Source: Bacillota bacterium (GTDB lineage: Bacteria > Bacillota > Clostridia > Saccharofermentanales > UBA5734). From it: 34,713 bases of DNA. A program made the translations under genes and the position numbers. How positions within the stretch are numbered: position 1 is the first letter of the stretch; each line of letters begins with the position of its first letter. Location of the stretch: the NCBI GenBank assembly GCA_029548445.1, contig JAKPNJ010000247.1:1-34713 (forward strand). Reading direction: 5' to 3'. Of the stretch, positions 34,290-34,713 are shown one piece after another. The notes below the pieces were generated by a model. That model worked only from the letters and a program-made list of their open reading frames with translations, did no database searches and had not been told where the DNA came from.

Positions 34290-34713
34290 ATGATCCTCGT
34301 CACCGGTGCCACCGGACATCTTGGCAACGTCCTTCTTTCCGAAATCCGGAAACGCTATCCCGGCGAGGCACTCCGGATCCTGGTCCTGCCCGGCGAACGG
34401 GTCGGCCCCATCGACGGCGTGACCGCGGAGATCCTCTGCGGCGACATCCGGAATCCCGAACGGGTCCGGGAAGCCGTTACAGGCGCCCGGCTGGTCTTCC
34501 ACCTGGCCGGCCTGGTGGAAATCCGAGCCGGCAAGGAACACCTGCTGGAACAGGTCAATGTCCACGGCACCCGGAACATCGTGGACGCCTGCCTGGCCGC
34601 CACCAATCCGGTCCCCCGACTCGTCTATGTCAGCTCGGTCCACTCCCTGCCCGAAGCCAAGGCCGGGGAGGTCCTGGGCGATCCGGAACCGGCCCTGGAG
34701 GCGGAGGAGCGGA
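34290..34713 (+). CDS. NAD(P)-dependent epimerase/dehydratase (NmrA/SDR-extended-like), N-terminal fragment running off the window end
   Basis: MILVTGATGHLGNVLLSEI Rossmann GxxGxxG start; ATG is 10 nt after the tetR stop (co-transcribed). Confidence 0.8.
   Translation, partial: MILVTGATGHLGNVLLSEIRKRYPGEALRILVLPGERVGPIDGVTAEILCGDIRNPERVREAVTGARLVFHLAGLVEIRAGKEHLLEQVNVHGTRNIVDACLAATNPVPRLVYVSSVHSLPEAKAGEVLGDPEPALEAEER

Noticed and set aside
1-34713. Search for CRISPR arrays, tRNA/rRNA genes, transposases, integrases, phage genes, restriction-modification or other recognisable defence genes
   Set aside because: No spacer-interrupted direct repeats, no cloverleaf-like conserved tRNA blocks in the short intergenic gaps, and no DDE/tyrosine-recombinase-like ORFs were found. 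The only toxin-like element is the MazEF pair, reported above.

Overview
This 34.7 kb window is high-GC (~70%), densely coding chromosomal DNA. The strong GGAGG-type ribosome-binding sites, a GntR/LacI-type AraR, lipobox and PT-linker surface proteins suggest (inference only) a high-GC Firmicute or similar monoderm. Gene order, left to right:

- Two tandem paralogous transglutaminase-like surface proteins on the minus strand; the first runs off the window start.
- A large beta-helix lipoprotein.
- An MFS transporter divergent from a fumarylacetoacetate-hydrolase (FAH)-family enzyme.
- A small membrane protein, then an acyl-CoA dehydrogenase.
- A seven-gene minus-strand catabolic operon: rpiB-like, dhaK, dhaL, FucI-family isomerase, two (alpha/alpha)6 glycosidase-like proteins, and a membrane protein. 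ATGA overlaps couple several of these genes translationally.
- An IclR regulator and a specialised NusG paralog.
- araR-araB-araD with no canonical araA.
- An XRE regulator followed by a mazE/mazF toxin-antitoxin pair, sharing a divergent control region with an nfeD-flotillin operon.
- An AraC regulator with two Gfo/Idh/MocA oxidoreductases.
- A split ChrA pair.
- Another Gfo/Idh/MocA oxidoreductase divergent from tetR plus an NmrA-like gene that runs off the window end.

No tRNA or rRNA genes, CRISPR arrays, or transposases were seen. The long antisense ORFs in the track are GC-driven artefacts. The most interesting material is regulatory and organisational:

- A perfect-palindrome operator placed identically in two back-to-back sigma-70 promoters.
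- A non-canonical FucI-like / DhaKL / RpiB-like sugar module with a NusG paralog beside it.
- AT-rich promoter islands that share an exact 12-mer.
- An AraR-box-like palindrome.
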